Source of the DNA: Candidatus Latescibacterota bacterium
GTDB lineage: Bacteria > Latescibacterota > UBA2968 > UBA8231
DNA: 64,000 bases
Direction of reading: 5' to 3'
NCBI GenBank assembly: GCA_965243025.1
Contig: CBDETY010000003.1
Coordinates: 2,848,001-2,912,000, forward strand
Shown: piece by piece, positions 48,128 through 58,133 of the stretch
Numbering within the stretch: the stretch's first letter is position 1
Layout: the number at the start of each line of letters is the position of its first letter
The notes under the pieces: model-generated
Databases searched by the model: none
What the model saw: the letters and a program-made list of their open reading frames with translations, nothing else
What the model was told of the DNA's origin: nothing
Program-made: the position numbers and the translations under genes

Positions 48128-50563
48128 TTACTCTTCAAAACCACTTTCACCTCCGGCTGCGAGGCGGTCGAGCTCTTCCAGCAGCTGCCGCCGCGTGGAC
48201 ATGAACTCCTCCGGATCCCCGGTGAAGTCGGTAAGGGAGCGCATCAGCCGGCTGCACAGCCGCCGGCCCGCGGCGCCGGCGTCCCCTTTCCGCAGGCTCA
48301 GCATCTGCAGCAGCTCGTAATCCTCGATGCCGTCGCGGACGTTCTCGAACCGGAGCGACGACACCGGGCCCTCCTCCCCCGGAAAGATCAGACAGCCGTC
48401 GCCGTTGGCGGTCCCGAACGAGGCGGGGTCCCAGCTGGTCCTGTTCGATCCCGCGGCGGTGCCCAGCGGCCCCTCCCCGCCGGGCCAGCGGTTGAGGGTG
48501 TAGTAGAGAAACCCGGTCACTCCCCGGCGCCAGGTCATCCACCAGAGCAGCCGCGCCTCGAGCAGCGGGTACTCGACGAACCAGTTGGCGAACGGAGCGG
48601 TGGGATCGATGCAGATGTACCACCAGACCTCCTTGCCCCGGGCGCGGGCGGCCGCGGCTGCGTCCTCGTCGTAGAGCGCGGTCAGCGGCACCCAGATATC
48701 GACGGCCTCGTCGAGGCCGCTCTCCAGGCCGTAGCTCGGATCCTTCGCCGTCGTCGCCGTCTTCACGTCCGGGAAACGCCGTTTCATGTACCCGAAGGCG
48801 GCCCTGAGATTGTCGAAGTCCGCCGCGGTCGCCTCGTCGAAGCCGTAGATGAAAGCCAGGTGCAGCAAACTCCGGGAGCGCAGGAACCGCACCGTCGGCT
48901 CCAGGCTGTCGGCGATGGCGGCCAGCTCCCGCTCCGTGTAATCGCGGGCCCGCAGGTTTACGAGGTTGGCGGCGTTCAACCGGCGGCGCGCGGCGAGCTC
49001 GGCCAGCTCCTGCCCGCCCGGCGGCGAGCGCCGGTACAGGTGGGTGACGTTGAGCCGGTGCGCGGCGATGAAGTCGCGGTATTGTAGGTAAATGGCTTCG
49101 CCGCGGCGACTTCGTGACCCCGCCCGGGTCTCGGTCCCGTAGACCTTCTCCAGCATGTCGTCGTAGAGCGAGAAGGCGGTGCGGACCGTGGTGGAGTCGG
49201 GCAGCACCGGATGGTGAACGGTCACCTGGAGCGGCACGGAACCGGCCGGTTGCCCGTCCGCGGAGATCTCGACGGAACCCCGGTACACCCCCGGAGCGGT
49301 CGTATCGGCAGTCGCAAACGTCAGCCACAGCGGCGTCGCCTCCCCTGCCCTCGCCGCGACCCTGGACCGCGGCAGCAGGGGGTCCGGCCACCAGCCGGCG
49401 AAATCGACGGCGTACTCCCCGGGGGCCTCGGTCTTCACGTACCCCACCACGTCGATGCGGCAGCCGCCGGGAGAAAAGGGGGTCCTGCCGTCGGCGTGGC
49501 GCAGCGGGCCGACCGCGGCTTCAAGCCCGGCATGTACGCGGCTCAGCAGCACCAGCTGCACCGACTCCTGCTCGTTTCTCGCCAGGTCCACGGACAGTGG
49601 TCCGGCCTCTTCCGCCGGCGGGAACTCGTACACCTCCCGGCCGATGCCGGGCCAGCTGTGCGGAAACAGCTTCTCCACCGGGGTCGCCCCCCAGGCGGCC
49701 AGCTGCGGGCGCGTGGAAACGGGACGGGCGGACACCTCTCCGACGGGCATTTCCATCGACTCGCCCCAGATGCTGTCCTCTGCGGCCAGGGTTACCTCCC
49801 AGGTCTGCGGCGAAACCCCGGGAGCCGGCTTCCACTCGTACTCGATCCCCGTATCGATGGCGCGGGCGTACCCCGCCGGCAGCCCCTGCCCGTCGCGCAC
49901 GACGACCTCGACCGCGGCCCGGCGGTTGAATTGCGCGGCGACCCGCAGCCCCCCGGAAGCCAGGGGATCGCGCACCGCTTCCAGCTCGAGAAGCTCGAGC
50001 CGCCCGGCTTCCAGGCGGATGTCGTCGATCAGGAGGGAGCGGTCCCGGGAGGGCTGCCGCATGTACAGGTCGAGCAGGCGCACGCGGCGGGTGTCGATCT
50101 CGCCGCCGAGACCGGCGATGGATACGGCGCAGGTGGTGGTGGTATCGGCGGAAACCGCGAGGATGCGGACGGCGCGGCGCCCCGCCGCGTCGTCGATGCG
50201 CAGCTTGAGATGGGCGGTTCCGCCGAGCAGCGACCGCGCCCCGAACTTCAGGGAGGTGAAGCCGCTCCAGTCGCCGGCATCGAACCCCCCGTCGCCGAAA
50301 TGCAGGCGCGCCGAGGGCCACTTGCCGGCCCCCCGGGTCCAGCGGGGGTACTGGAGGCGGGCTGCGGACCCCGGGCCGGGGTCCGCTGCCGCGAGTTCCA
50401 GGCTCGTCTGGCGCAGCCGCCAGTGGCCGGCGCCGCCTTCGAAATCCTCGAGGACGCGGACGCGGTCAGCCGGGGCGGCGGCCGCGGCGACTGCCAGGGC
50501 GAGCAGCAGCCCGGCCGCCTTCGTAGACCTCCTATGTTTCGTATTTGCTCTGCGGGATACCAT
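48128..50563 (-). CDS. Secreted glycoside hydrolase-like protein (DUF4091/GH123-like) with N-terminal carbohydrate-binding module
   Basis: Signal peptide; DWSGFTSLKF CBM-like region; LARNEQESVQL, WPDPLLP, YGFDE, WWYIC, GFLYY, GDGCLIFPG, SLRFENVRDGIEDYE. Confidence 0.82.
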   Translation of the reverse strand: MVSRRANTKHRRSTKAAGLLLALAVAAAAAPADRVRVLEDFEGGAGHWRLRQTSLELAAADPGPGSAARLQYPRWTRGAGKWPSARLHFGDGGFDAGDWSGFTSLKFGARSLLGGTAHLKLRIDDAAGRRAVRILAVSADTTTTCAVSIAGLGGEIDTRRVRLLDLYMRQPSRDRSLLIDDIRLEAGRLELLELEAVRDPLASGGLRVAAQFNRRAAVEVVVRDGQGLPAGYARAIDTGIEYEWKPAPGVSPQTWEVTLAAEDSIWGESMEMPVGEVSARPVSTRPQLAAWGATPVEKLFPHSWPGIGREVYEFPPAEEAGPLSVDLARNEQESVQLVLLSRVHAGLEAAVGPLRHADGRTPFSPGGCRIDVVGYVKTEAPGEYAVDFAGWWPDPLLPRSRVAARAGEATPLWLTFATADTTAPGVYRGSVEISADGQPAGSVPLQVTVHHPVLPDSTTVRTAFSLYDDMLEKVYGTETRAGSRSRRGEAIYLQYRDFIAAHRLNVTHLYRRSPPGGQELAELAARRRLNAANLVNLRARDYTERELAAIADSLEPTVRFLRSRSLLHLAFIYGFDEATAADFDNLRAAFGYMKRRFPDVKTATTAKDPSYGLESGLDEAVDIWVPLTALYDEDAAAAARARGKEVWWYICIDPTAPFANWFVEYPLLEARLLWWMTWRRGVTGFLYYTLNRWPGGEGPLGTAAGSNRTSWDPASFGTANGDGCLIFPGEEGPVSSLRFENVRDGIEDYELLQMLSLRKGDAGAAGRRLCSRLMRSLTDFTGDPEEFMSTRRQLLEELDRLAAGGESGFEE

Positions 50564-50697
50564 TCAGGCAGCTGCCTTGCCGTTCACCATGTTGTTGCCC
50601 GCAAAACTCCTCATCTTGAAATTCCAATCAAGACAACCCGTCGATACGGATGGAAGCTGGACTTGATGAGGACGGGAATCCGGCAGGAGCAATGGAT

Positions 50698-52056
50698 ATG
50701 CTGAACCACCTCAAAATCGAAAATTTCAAAGCCTGGAAGGAAGCGGATCTGACGCTTGGCAAAGTGACCGGATTCTTCGGGCCCAACAGCGCCGGAAAGA
50801 GCAGCCTTCTCCAGTTTCTCCTTCTACTCAAGCAGACTCGAAACGCCACGGACCGAGGCTTGGTCCTGGATTTCGGAGGGCCGGGGGACATGGTGAATCT
50901 TGGGACCTTCAAAGACGTGGTTCACCAGCAAGATGAACAGACCCGGATAAGCTGGGCCCTTGACTGGACACTGTCGGAGCGTCTCCGGATAAATGACCCG
51001 ATGAAACTCCGAAGCAGAACGCTGTTCGTTGGCGATTGCCTTCGGACGCGTTGTGAGGTGGGCTTGAGGCAGACAACCCTGTGGCCCTACGAGCTGGCCT
51101 ATCGGTTCGCTGAAGTGGATTTCAGGCTGCGGCCCGAAGATGGCTCCCAAACGGAATTCGATCTGGAGGACACGGCCGAATTCCAATTCATACGCAACCG
51201 GGGCCGTCCCTGGCGGCTTCCGCGTCCGGTCAAGACCTACCGATTTCCCGACGAAACGAGGGTCTACTATCAGAACGCGGATTTCCTTGGTGATTTCGAG
51301 TTGGCCTACGAGAAGCTGATGGACTCGGTCTACTATCTGGGCCCCTTGCGCGAGTACCCGCGGCGGGAGTATCACTGGGGCGGTTCGAGTCCTGAGGACG
51401 TCGGACAGCGAGGCGAGCGCACCGTAGACGCCATACTGGCCGCAACTCGCGACGGAATAACGAGAAGTCTCGGTCGACGGAAACGAAAAAAGCCGTTCCA
51501 GGAGATGATCGCCTTTTGGCTGAACGAGCTTGGGCTGATTCGCGATTTCCGTATCGAGGAAATCGCAGAGGGAACCAATCTGTACCGGGCGATGGTCAGG
51601 ACCTCCGCATCGAGCGTGCCCACAGGACTGACCGACGTTGGGTTCGGTGTATCCCAGGTTCTGCCAGCCCTGGTCTTGCTATACTACGTCCCCGAAGGTT
51701 CGACGGTGCTGTTGGAGCAGCCGGAAATTCATCTCCATCCGGGGGTGCAGAGTGGACTGGCGGATGTCATGTTGAAGGTCGCCGAGACTCGAAACGTGCA
51801 GATCATCCTGGAGAGCCACAGCGAGCACCTGATGCGGCGCCTGCAACGCCGGGTGGCGGAAGAGACCACTTCCTCCGGGGACGTGAAGTTGTATTTCGTA
51901 TCAACGAATCGAGGCGCTGCCCAAGCCACCGATCTTGCCCTGAACGAGTGGGGCGAGATCGAAAATTGGCCTGATCAGTTCTTCGGCGACGAAATGGGGG
52001 AGATCGCGGCGATCACCAAGGCTTCCTTGAGTAGAAAAATGAAGGTGTCCGCATGA
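50698..52056 (+). CDS. AAA_21/ABC-type ATPase with C-terminal DUF3696-like domain
   Basis: LKIENFKAW, Walker A GPNSAGKS, YLGPLR, signature DVGFGVSQ, Walker B LLEQPEIHLHP, ESHSEH, C-terminal NWPDQFF. Confidence 0.9.
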   Translation: MLNHLKIENFKAWKEADLTLGKVTGFFGPNSAGKSSLLQFLLLLKQTRNATDRGLVLDFGGPGDMVNLGTFKDVVHQQDEQTRISWALDWTLSERLRINDPMKLRSRTLFVGDCLRTRCEVGLRQTTLWPYELAYRFAEVDFRLRPEDGSQTEFDLEDTAEFQFIRNRGRPWRLPRPVKTYRFPDETRVYYQNADFLGDFELAYEKLMDSVYYLGPLREYPRREYHWGGSSPEDVGQRGERTVDAILAATRDGITRSLGRRKRKKPFQEMIAFWLNELGLIRDFRIEEIAEGTNLYRAMVRTSASSVPTGLTDVGFGVSQVLPALVLLYYVPEGSTVLLEQPEIHLHPGVQSGLADVMLKVAETRNVQIILESHSEHLMRRLQRRVAEETTSSGDVKLYFVSTNRGAAQATDLALNEWGEIENWPDQFFGDEMGEIAAITKASLSRKMKVSA

Positions 52057-52526
52057 CGGCATTCGTCGTGGATACCAATGTCGCGATAGCCGCGAACGGG
52101 AGAGAGACCCACGCAGATGACCTGTGCCGACTGGCTTGTATGGAGAAACTGGAACACCTGGTCGAGAGGGGAACCGTGACCGTCGATAAATCAGGTCTCG
52201 TTCTGGAGGAGTATGCAAACCACTTGTGCTTGTCTGGAAATCCAGGCGTTGGGGATGCCTTCTTCAGGCATGTTTTCAACAACCAGTACCAAAACCACCG
52301 GGTTCGAAGGGTCGCGGTTACGCCATCCGACGATGACCGGAGAGGGTTTGAAGAACTTCCCGAGAACAGGTTTGACCGGTCGGACCGGAAATTCCTCGCG
52401 GTCGCGGTGGCCGCAAAGGCAGTCGTTCTGAACGCGACCGACAGCGACTGGGGCGAGCACGAATCGTTGATGGACGAACTGGGCGTGGAAGTCAAACAGC
52501 TCTGCCCTCAACACGCAACAAAATGA
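52053..52526 (+). CDS. PIN-domain protein (putative nuclease)
   Basis: FVVDTNV, LEEY, DRSDRKFLAVA, NATDSDW supply the acidic PIN-type residues; ATGA overlap with the ATPase. Confidence 0.75.
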   Translation: MTAFVVDTNVAIAANGRETHADDLCRLACMEKLEHLVERGTVTVDKSGLVLEEYANHLCLSGNPGVGDAFFRHVFNNQYQNHRVRRVAVTPSDDDRRGFEELPENRFDRSDRKFLAVAVAAKAVVLNATDSDWGEHESLMDELGVEVKQLCPQHATK

Positions 52527-52558
52527 CGTCTCCGGGGAGCAGGTGAGGACCGAAGCCT

Positions 52559-53215
52559 TTGAACCCCAAGTATCCCAAGACCCCGTACTGGCCCTGGTCG
52601 CCGTTCATCGGTCGCGACGACACGGTACATAAAAACCCGGACAGATTCGTCGGCGAACCCGTGGTTGTGACGGAAAAGCTGGACGGCGGCAACACGCTGC
52701 TTCACTCAGGCGAGGTTTATGGACGCAGCGTGTCGACCCCATGCGAAGGCAAGTGGATGGCGATGGTGAAGAAACACCACGCCTGGAAAGTGAGGGAGCC
52801 GGATCTGTATCTCTACGGCGAGGATATCTACGGGGTCCACAGCATCGCGTACGACCCCGTGCCGGAGAACCGGACCTTCCATGCATTTGCGCTGAGGGAC
52901 GGAGGCGGTGCATTCGCCTCCTTTTCGGAAGTCGAAGCCTATGCGAAGCGGCAGGGAATCCCGGTTGTCCCGGTCCTTTTCAAGGGCCGCTTCAAGTCGC
53001 TTGCCGAGATACGCGCGTTTCTGGAGCGCGCGCATGGGGAAGCCTCCCTGCTTGGAGGAGAGCGGGAGGGCGTCGTACTACGGCTGGCCGGCGGCTTTCC
53101 CGAGGCGGAATTTCCGCAAAGTGTCTGCAAGAGCGTCCGCCCTGACCACGTGCAGAGCGAAGAACACTGGTCCAGGAACTGGGTCCCGTGCAAAATCGCA
53201 CGGGACCCTGGATGA
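52559..53215 (+). CDS. ATP-dependent RNA ligase family protein (Rnl2-like nucleotidyltransferase)
   Basis: KYPKTP..PWS, motif I TEKLDGGN, LYGE, FHAF, motif IV EGVVLR, KSVR; TTG start. Confidence 0.85.
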   Translation: MNPKYPKTPYWPWSPFIGRDDTVHKNPDRFVGEPVVVTEKLDGGNTLLHSGEVYGRSVSTPCEGKWMAMVKKHHAWKVREPDLYLYGEDIYGVHSIAYDPVPENRTFHAFALRDGGGAFASFSEVEAYAKRQGIPVVPVLFKGRFKSLAEIRAFLERAHGEASLLGGEREGVVLRLAGGFPEAEFPQSVCKSVRPDHVQSEEHWSRNWVPCKIARDPG

Positions 53216-53264
53216 GGACGCTTCTCCTTCCTGGATTCGGAGGGTTACCCCTTGGTGGCCGCCT

Positions 53265-54260
53265 TCAGCGAATCGCCAGGGGCCGGCCGGGGGAGCCGGT
53301 CCCGCCCTTGAAGCGGATCGGGGCGAACACGAACAGGAACTCGTAGACCTCGTCCTCGACGAGCCCGTCGAACACCATGTTTTCGAGGTTCCAGATGCCG
53401 TGCTTGCAGATCAGCTCGGTGTGCACGGGGAATGCAAGACCCTCCTGGGGGTTCGGGATCACTTCGCCGTTCCACTGGTCGGATCCCCACATCGAGGCAT
53501 TGCGCTCGGCGACCCAGGCCGCTACCTCGAGACCGATTCCGGGCGGGTTGGTGTTGTACTTGTCGCCGTCGGTCCAGTACTTCGACCAACCGTAGCGGAA
53601 GAAGAGGGCGTCCCCGTCCTTCAAATCCTGCTCAGACATCCCCTGGCGCTCGAGAGCGGCTCTCACGTCGGCGACGGTCACCTCGTAGCTGTGGTCGAGC
53701 GCCTCCATCCCCTTCTGGCCGGCAATGTCGATCAGTACGCCGCGGGTCAGGTACGGTTTGACCTGCTCGATGCCGAGCTTCCGCAGGCCGTAGGAGCCCT
53801 CTATCTCGTCGATGGGGAAGCCGTTGTAGAACACATCCTGCACGGACCCGTCCCCCATGGTGGTGCGGACGCCGATGTGGCCGGGGCCGTCGAACTGGGT
53901 TCCGACCTGACCGATCTCGGCCGTGAGGATCTCGTCGAAGTAGACGAGGGCGTTGTCGCCGAAGGGTCCGCCCGTGGGAGAACCCGGAATGAACATCGAG
54001 TAGGTGCGGCCCTCGAACAGGGGAATGCCGCGCTCGTACACCTGCCCGAGCTCGTACACCTTGCCCGTCTTCACGAGCTGGACCGCCTCGAGGATCTTCT
54101 CCGGGGTTATCCAGTTCGAGCCTCCCGCCTGGTCCTCGGGCCCCCACAGCGGGTGGGGCCACCACGGCCCTTTTTCGCGGGTCTGCGCAAGGCTTTCGCC
54201 GGCGACGGCGACTGCGATCGCCGCGCATGCCAGGGTCAGGGTCAGTTGACGCAGTTTCAT
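53265..54260 (-). CDS. Secreted cyclase-family (kynurenine formamidase-like) protein
   Basis: Signal peptide; WGPEDQAG..N, QVGTQFDGPGH, TRGVLID, PGIG, FPVH, LENM, GGTGSPGRPLA. Confidence 0.88.
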   Translation of the reverse strand: MKLRQLTLTLACAAIAVAVAGESLAQTREKGPWWPHPLWGPEDQAGGSNWITPEKILEAVQLVKTGKVYELGQVYERGIPLFEGRTYSMFIPGSPTGGPFGDNALVYFDEILTAEIGQVGTQFDGPGHIGVRTTMGDGSVQDVFYNGFPIDEIEGSYGLRKLGIEQVKPYLTRGVLIDIAGQKGMEALDHSYEVTVADVRAALERQGMSEQDLKDGDALFFRYGWSKYWTDGDKYNTNPPGIGLEVAAWVAERNASMWGSDQWNGEVIPNPQEGLAFPVHTELICKHGIWNLENMVFDGLVEDEVYEFLFVFAPIRFKGGTGSPGRPLAIR

Positions 54261-54528
54261 GGTTGCTCCTCCTGTCTGAAGTGGACGCCAAGTACCGCCA
54301 AACCGGTGGAGTCCGTCAATATCCGCTTCCTTGGACCCCGTTGCCGACAGCCGGGGGCCCCACACTCTTCCTGTCCACCCTTATATTTCCCGGCTCGAAA
54401 ACCGCTGGAAATCCTGATTACCTGAATTTCAGAACGTCAGCAAAGCCACCGATCCGTCCACCGGGATTCGTTACCTGAAATCCGGAATCGTCGGGCACCT
54501 GAGGGACCGGCTGCTGAATGAGACACGA

Positions 54529-55392
54529 ATGCCTGAAATAGAAACCCGCGTCCTGGGAAGGACCGGCATGACGCCGAAAGCCCTCGGTTTCGGCTGGGCC
54601 CACCTCAGGACCGAGTCCGACGCGGTCGAGGCGGTGCGCCGCGCCATCGAGCTCGGCGTCGACTACATGGACACCTCGGCCGGGTACGGCGACAGCGAGC
54701 GCCTTCTCGGGCTGGCGCTCGCAGGGGGCTGGCGCGAACGCGTCTACCTGCAGACGAAGACCGGCACCCACCGGGACAGGCCCGGGGATTACTCCGCTGA
54801 GGGCACGCGCTGGTCGGTCGAGAACAGCCTCAGGCGGCTCGGGACCGATTACCTCGACGCCGTTCTGATCCACGATCCGGCCGACATCGAACCGGCGCTG
54901 GTTCCCGGGGGCGCCCTCGACGAGCTCTGGCGCATGAAGGAGGAGGGGATCGTCGGACACGTCGGCCTCGGCTGCCGGCCGCAGCCCTTCCACCGGCGCG
55001 CCATCGAGACCGGCCGGCTGGAAATCGTCCTCACCTTTCTCGACTACAACCTCATGAACCAGTCGGCCGCGGCGACGACCCTGCCGCTGGCACGGGAACG
55101 CGGAGTCGGTGTGATCCTGGCGAGCGCCCTCGGCCTCGGCCGCCTCACCGGGGTCGAGCCCGACCGCGGGGCCGAGCCGCTCGCCCACCGCATGTGGCAG
55201 TGGTGCCGGGAACACGGGGTCAACATCCGCCACCTCTCGATGCAGTTCTGTCTCGCCGCCGACATCGAGGGGATCGTGCTGGCCGGGCCGAAGAACCGCC
55301 AGCAGGTCGACGACGCGATCGAAGCTGCCACCGTCGAGGTCCCGCCCGAGGTCTGGGCGGCCTTCAAGGCGGAGTTCGGAGTCGGGCTTTAG
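54529..55392 (+). CDS. Aldo/keto reductase
   Basis: RVLGRTG, DTSAGYGDSE, QTK, ENSLRRLGTDYLD..IHDP. Confidence 0.93.
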   Translation: MPEIETRVLGRTGMTPKALGFGWAHLRTESDAVEAVRRAIELGVDYMDTSAGYGDSERLLGLALAGGWRERVYLQTKTGTHRDRPGDYSAEGTRWSVENSLRRLGTDYLDAVLIHDPADIEPALVPGGALDELWRMKEEGIVGHVGLGCRPQPFHRRAIETGRLEIVLTFLDYNLMNQSAAATTLPLARERGVGVILASALGLGRLTGVEPDRGAEPLAHRMWQWCREHGVNIRHLSMQFCLAADIEGIVLAGPKNRQQVDDAIEAATVEVPPEVWAAFKAEFGVGL

Positions 55393-55412
55393 GCGAGACC
55401 CGGGTATCGGCC

Positions 55413-56366
55413 TCACCCCTGCGATGCGCGGATGTACTGCTCCACCTCGAGGTCGAAGGTCTCCTGGAAGGTGCGGCCTTCGAACAGCTCGATCAGGGGC
55501 ATGCGTTCGTCGGGATCGGCCTGCGAACCGGCGCTCGGCTCTAGAGTGGCCCCGATGAGCTGCTTCTGCACCGGGCTACACATCTCCGCGGCCTCGGGGG
55601 ACACCTCGTTGCGGTCGCTGAGCCGCGCCCACCAGGGGCCGTACACGTAGTAGAGATTGCGGCGGTACACCTCCGAGGTGTTGCGGGAAACCGCGTGGAA
55701 CAGGGCGTTGTGGAAGACGACGGCGTCCCCCCGCTTCAGGGTGATCTGCACCGCCCCGGGACAGCCTTCGCAGATGTCGTCGAGCTCCTGGTACCCGGCG
55801 AACGAGGTCAGCCTGAGGGCGTGGTCCATTCCCCCGGGAATCCTGGGAAACCCGAGGCGGTGGCTTCCCGGGATGACGCAGAAGTTCCCCATGTCCGGCT
55901 CGGGCATGTCGGTGAGGAACCAGCCGATCCGGAACTGCAGCAGGGGCAGCATGCCTCCGGCGGCCGGGAATCCGTAGGGCGCCATGGTATCGCGGTGCCA
56001 GCGGCTCGGTCTGGGATCGGGAGGGCGGATCATGATCTGCGTGGCGAGGGCGTGGACGGCGGCCCCCATCAGCCCGCAGACCAGGCCGAGGTGATTGCGG
56101 TGGTCGAGGAGGTCGATGAAGACCTGGTTGGGCCCGGTGGGAAGCCGGGTGTTGCCGTTCGACCGGTCGACGGTGCGGTCGACGACGTTCATCAGGTCGA
56201 GGTAGGTGCCGGCCTCGCGCCCGTGCTTTCGGGAGAACTCGTCGCAGCGGTCGATCTCGGCGTCGATGGCGGCCATCTCCTCCTCGGTGAGGGCGTCCTC
56301 GACGAGGAAGTAGCCGTCGCGGTCCCACTGCTCGCGTTCGCTGTCGGTCAGGCGGCGGAAGTCCAT
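55413..56366 (-). CDS. Phytanoyl-CoA dioxygenase (PhyH) family Fe/2OG enzyme
   Basis: WDRDGYFLVEDAL, WHRD, GWFLTD..GNFCVIPGSH, GDAVVFHNALFH, RRNL; ATG at 56366. Confidence 0.9.
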   Translation of the reverse strand: MDFRRLTDSEREQWDRDGYFLVEDALTEEEMAAIDAEIDRCDEFSRKHGREAGTYLDLMNVVDRTVDRSNGNTRLPTGPNQVFIDLLDHRNHLGLVCGLMGAAVHALATQIMIRPPDPRPSRWHRDTMAPYGFPAAGGMLPLLQFRIGWFLTDMPEPDMGNFCVIPGSHRLGFPRIPGGMDHALRLTSFAGYQELDDICEGCPGAVQITLKRGDAVVFHNALFHAVSRNTSEVYRRNLYYVYGPWWARLSDRNEVSPEAAEMCSPVQKQLIGATLEPSAGSQADPDERMPLIELFEGRTFQETFDLEVEQYIRASQG

Positions 56367-56434
56367 GCGGGGTCCCCTTTTTGGAACTGAAGGTGTTTTC
56401 GTCGATTCGCGGTCCGGCGGCGCCCAACGGCAGG

Positions 56435-57490
56435 TCAACCGCTTGCCGGCGACGGTTCCGGGGCCTGCGGCTCTCTTTCCGCGGTCTTTATCAGCGCCCT
56501 CATGTACCCCAGGTCGTAGGCGTTGGCCTGGCGGAAGTCCTCGTCCCCGTCGACGCGGGGCCAGTGCGCCGGCGCCAGATGGGCACCGGAGCCGGCGCGG
56601 TTGAGGGAGCGGATGACGGCGAGCAGGTCGCAGTCGCCCAGGTCGAGGAAGGTCTCCCCGAAACTCGGGACGGTGCCGTTGACGGCCTGCACGTGTCCCA
56701 TGAAGATCTTCTCTCCCCCCAGCGAGCGGATCGCGTGGTGGAGGTCGATCCCCATCGCCTGCCAGTTCCCCAGACACATGTTGATCCCCCACATCTCGCT
56801 GTCGCCGATCTCCAGCGCCCGCATGTGGCCCTCGAGGTCGTGGAACAGCCTCGGCACCCCTCCCATGCTCTCGACCGGCGGGTCGTCGGGGTGCACGGCC
56901 ATCCTCACTCCCGCCTCTTCGCACACCGGCACGATCCGACGCGCGAAGTACTCGTAGTTGTCCCACATCTCCTCGCGGCTGTACTCGCGGCCCCGGAACA
57001 GGGGGAGGGGCTCGAGCCTGTCCATGTCGATCCGGGACAGCAGCGCGCCGGCGCGGCCCCGGACTTCGTACGAATGGCGCCAGGAGGCGCTGATCATCGT
57101 CGGGGGATTGACCATCCAGTGGTAGGCCATCAGCGTGACCCCCGCCTTTCCCGCGAGCCGGATGTTGTGGGCGAGATTGTCGATCTGCCGGTCGCGCAGC
57201 TCCCCGCCGAGCCAGATGTGCTCCATGGCCGATGCTTCCCCCTGCCCTGCCAGCTCGAGGGTGCCCAGCTCCATGCCGAGGTCGCGGATCTCGTTGACGA
57301 GGTTCACCAGCCTCAGGTAGTCCCAGTGCATCCCCGGCTTGCTGCCCCCGGTCTTGCCGCCGGGATTGAGGCTCGGGTCGATGCAGCCGACGATGACCTT
57401 GTCGACGCCGAACTGGGCGAGGGACCGCAGCAGGGTCTTGTCCTTCATCACCGGCTCGAACCGGGCGTACGCACCGAGACAGACAGGCAT
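56435..57490 (-). CDS. Mannonate dehydratase (UxuA)-like protein
   Basis: AYHWM, MWDNYEYF..PVCEEAGVRMAVHPDDPP, MCLG, ETFLDLGD, PAHWP. Confidence 0.85.
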   Translation of the reverse strand: MPVCLGAYARFEPVMKDKTLLRSLAQFGVDKVIVGCIDPSLNPGGKTGGSKPGMHWDYLRLVNLVNEIRDLGMELGTLELAGQGEASAMEHIWLGGELRDRQIDNLAHNIRLAGKAGVTLMAYHWMVNPPTMISASWRHSYEVRGRAGALLSRIDMDRLEPLPLFRGREYSREEMWDNYEYFARRIVPVCEEAGVRMAVHPDDPPVESMGGVPRLFHDLEGHMRALEIGDSEMWGINMCLGNWQAMGIDLHHAIRSLGGEKIFMGHVQAVNGTVPSFGETFLDLGDCDLLAVIRSLNRAGSGAHLAPAHWPRVDGDEDFRQANAYDLGYMRALIKTAEREPQAPEPSPASG

Positions 57491-57527
57491 GGAGTTTCTC
57501 CTCAGTTTTCTCCTCAGTTTATCCGGA

Positions 57528-58040
57528 TCAGGCGGAGCGGCCCCCGGCGACGAGCACCGACATCTCCGCCAGGCGGCGGCCGAGCCGGGCGGCCCAGGCC
57601 GCGGCCTCCCCGTCGAGCTCCTCGACGATGACGCCGCCGACGAAGTCGGAACCGCCGGCTTCCGGGGCGCCCTGTCCGATCACCGCCATGTTGTAGAGCA
57701 GGAACGAGCGCAGGATCACGCCGATGACGGACTCCTGGCCCCCGAAGGAGCCGTGCGAGCCGGAAAAAGCGGCGCCGACCTTGTAGTTCAGGTGCTCGCG
57801 GATCTCCGACATCCTGCCGATGAGGGCGCCTATCTCGGGGGAGACCGTGTGCCCCGGCATCTTCGGCGAGCCGATGGCGATGCCTTCGGCCCTGACGAGA
57901 TCCCCGTCGCTCACCTCGGAGACCGGCTTGAGGGTGACCGCCGCCCCCTCGACCTGCCCGGCCCCGGCACGGATCCCCTCGGCGAGGCGCCGGAAGGGAC
58001 CGTCTCCGTAGGTGTGGTAGATGATCAGCACCTCGACCAT
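57528..58040 (-). CDS. Flavodoxin/WrbA-like protein
   Basis: VLIIYHTYG, LAEGIRAGA, GIAIGSP, KVGAAF..GGQE, LGRRLAE. Confidence 0.8.
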   Translation of the reverse strand: MVEVLIIYHTYGDGPFRRLAEGIRAGAGQVEGAAVTLKPVSEVSDGDLVRAEGIAIGSPKMPGHTVSPEIGALIGRMSEIREHLNYKVGAAFSGSHGSFGGQESVIGVILRSFLLYNMAVIGQGAPEAGGSDFVGGVIVEELDGEAAAWAARLGRRLAEMSVLVAGGRSA

Positions 58041-58133
58041 GGCTACATTCCATCCCCTTCCCGCCGGACGCCGGAGACCCCGCTTCAGGGGCCGGCATTG
58101 ACCGCCGCGCAATTATAGAGGAACCCCTTCGCG

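Noticed and set aside
57494-57520. Duplicated ttctcctcag upstream of the UxuA-like gene
   Set aside because: A short duplication of the RBS region (CTGAGGAGAA on the minus strand), most likely neutral slippage.
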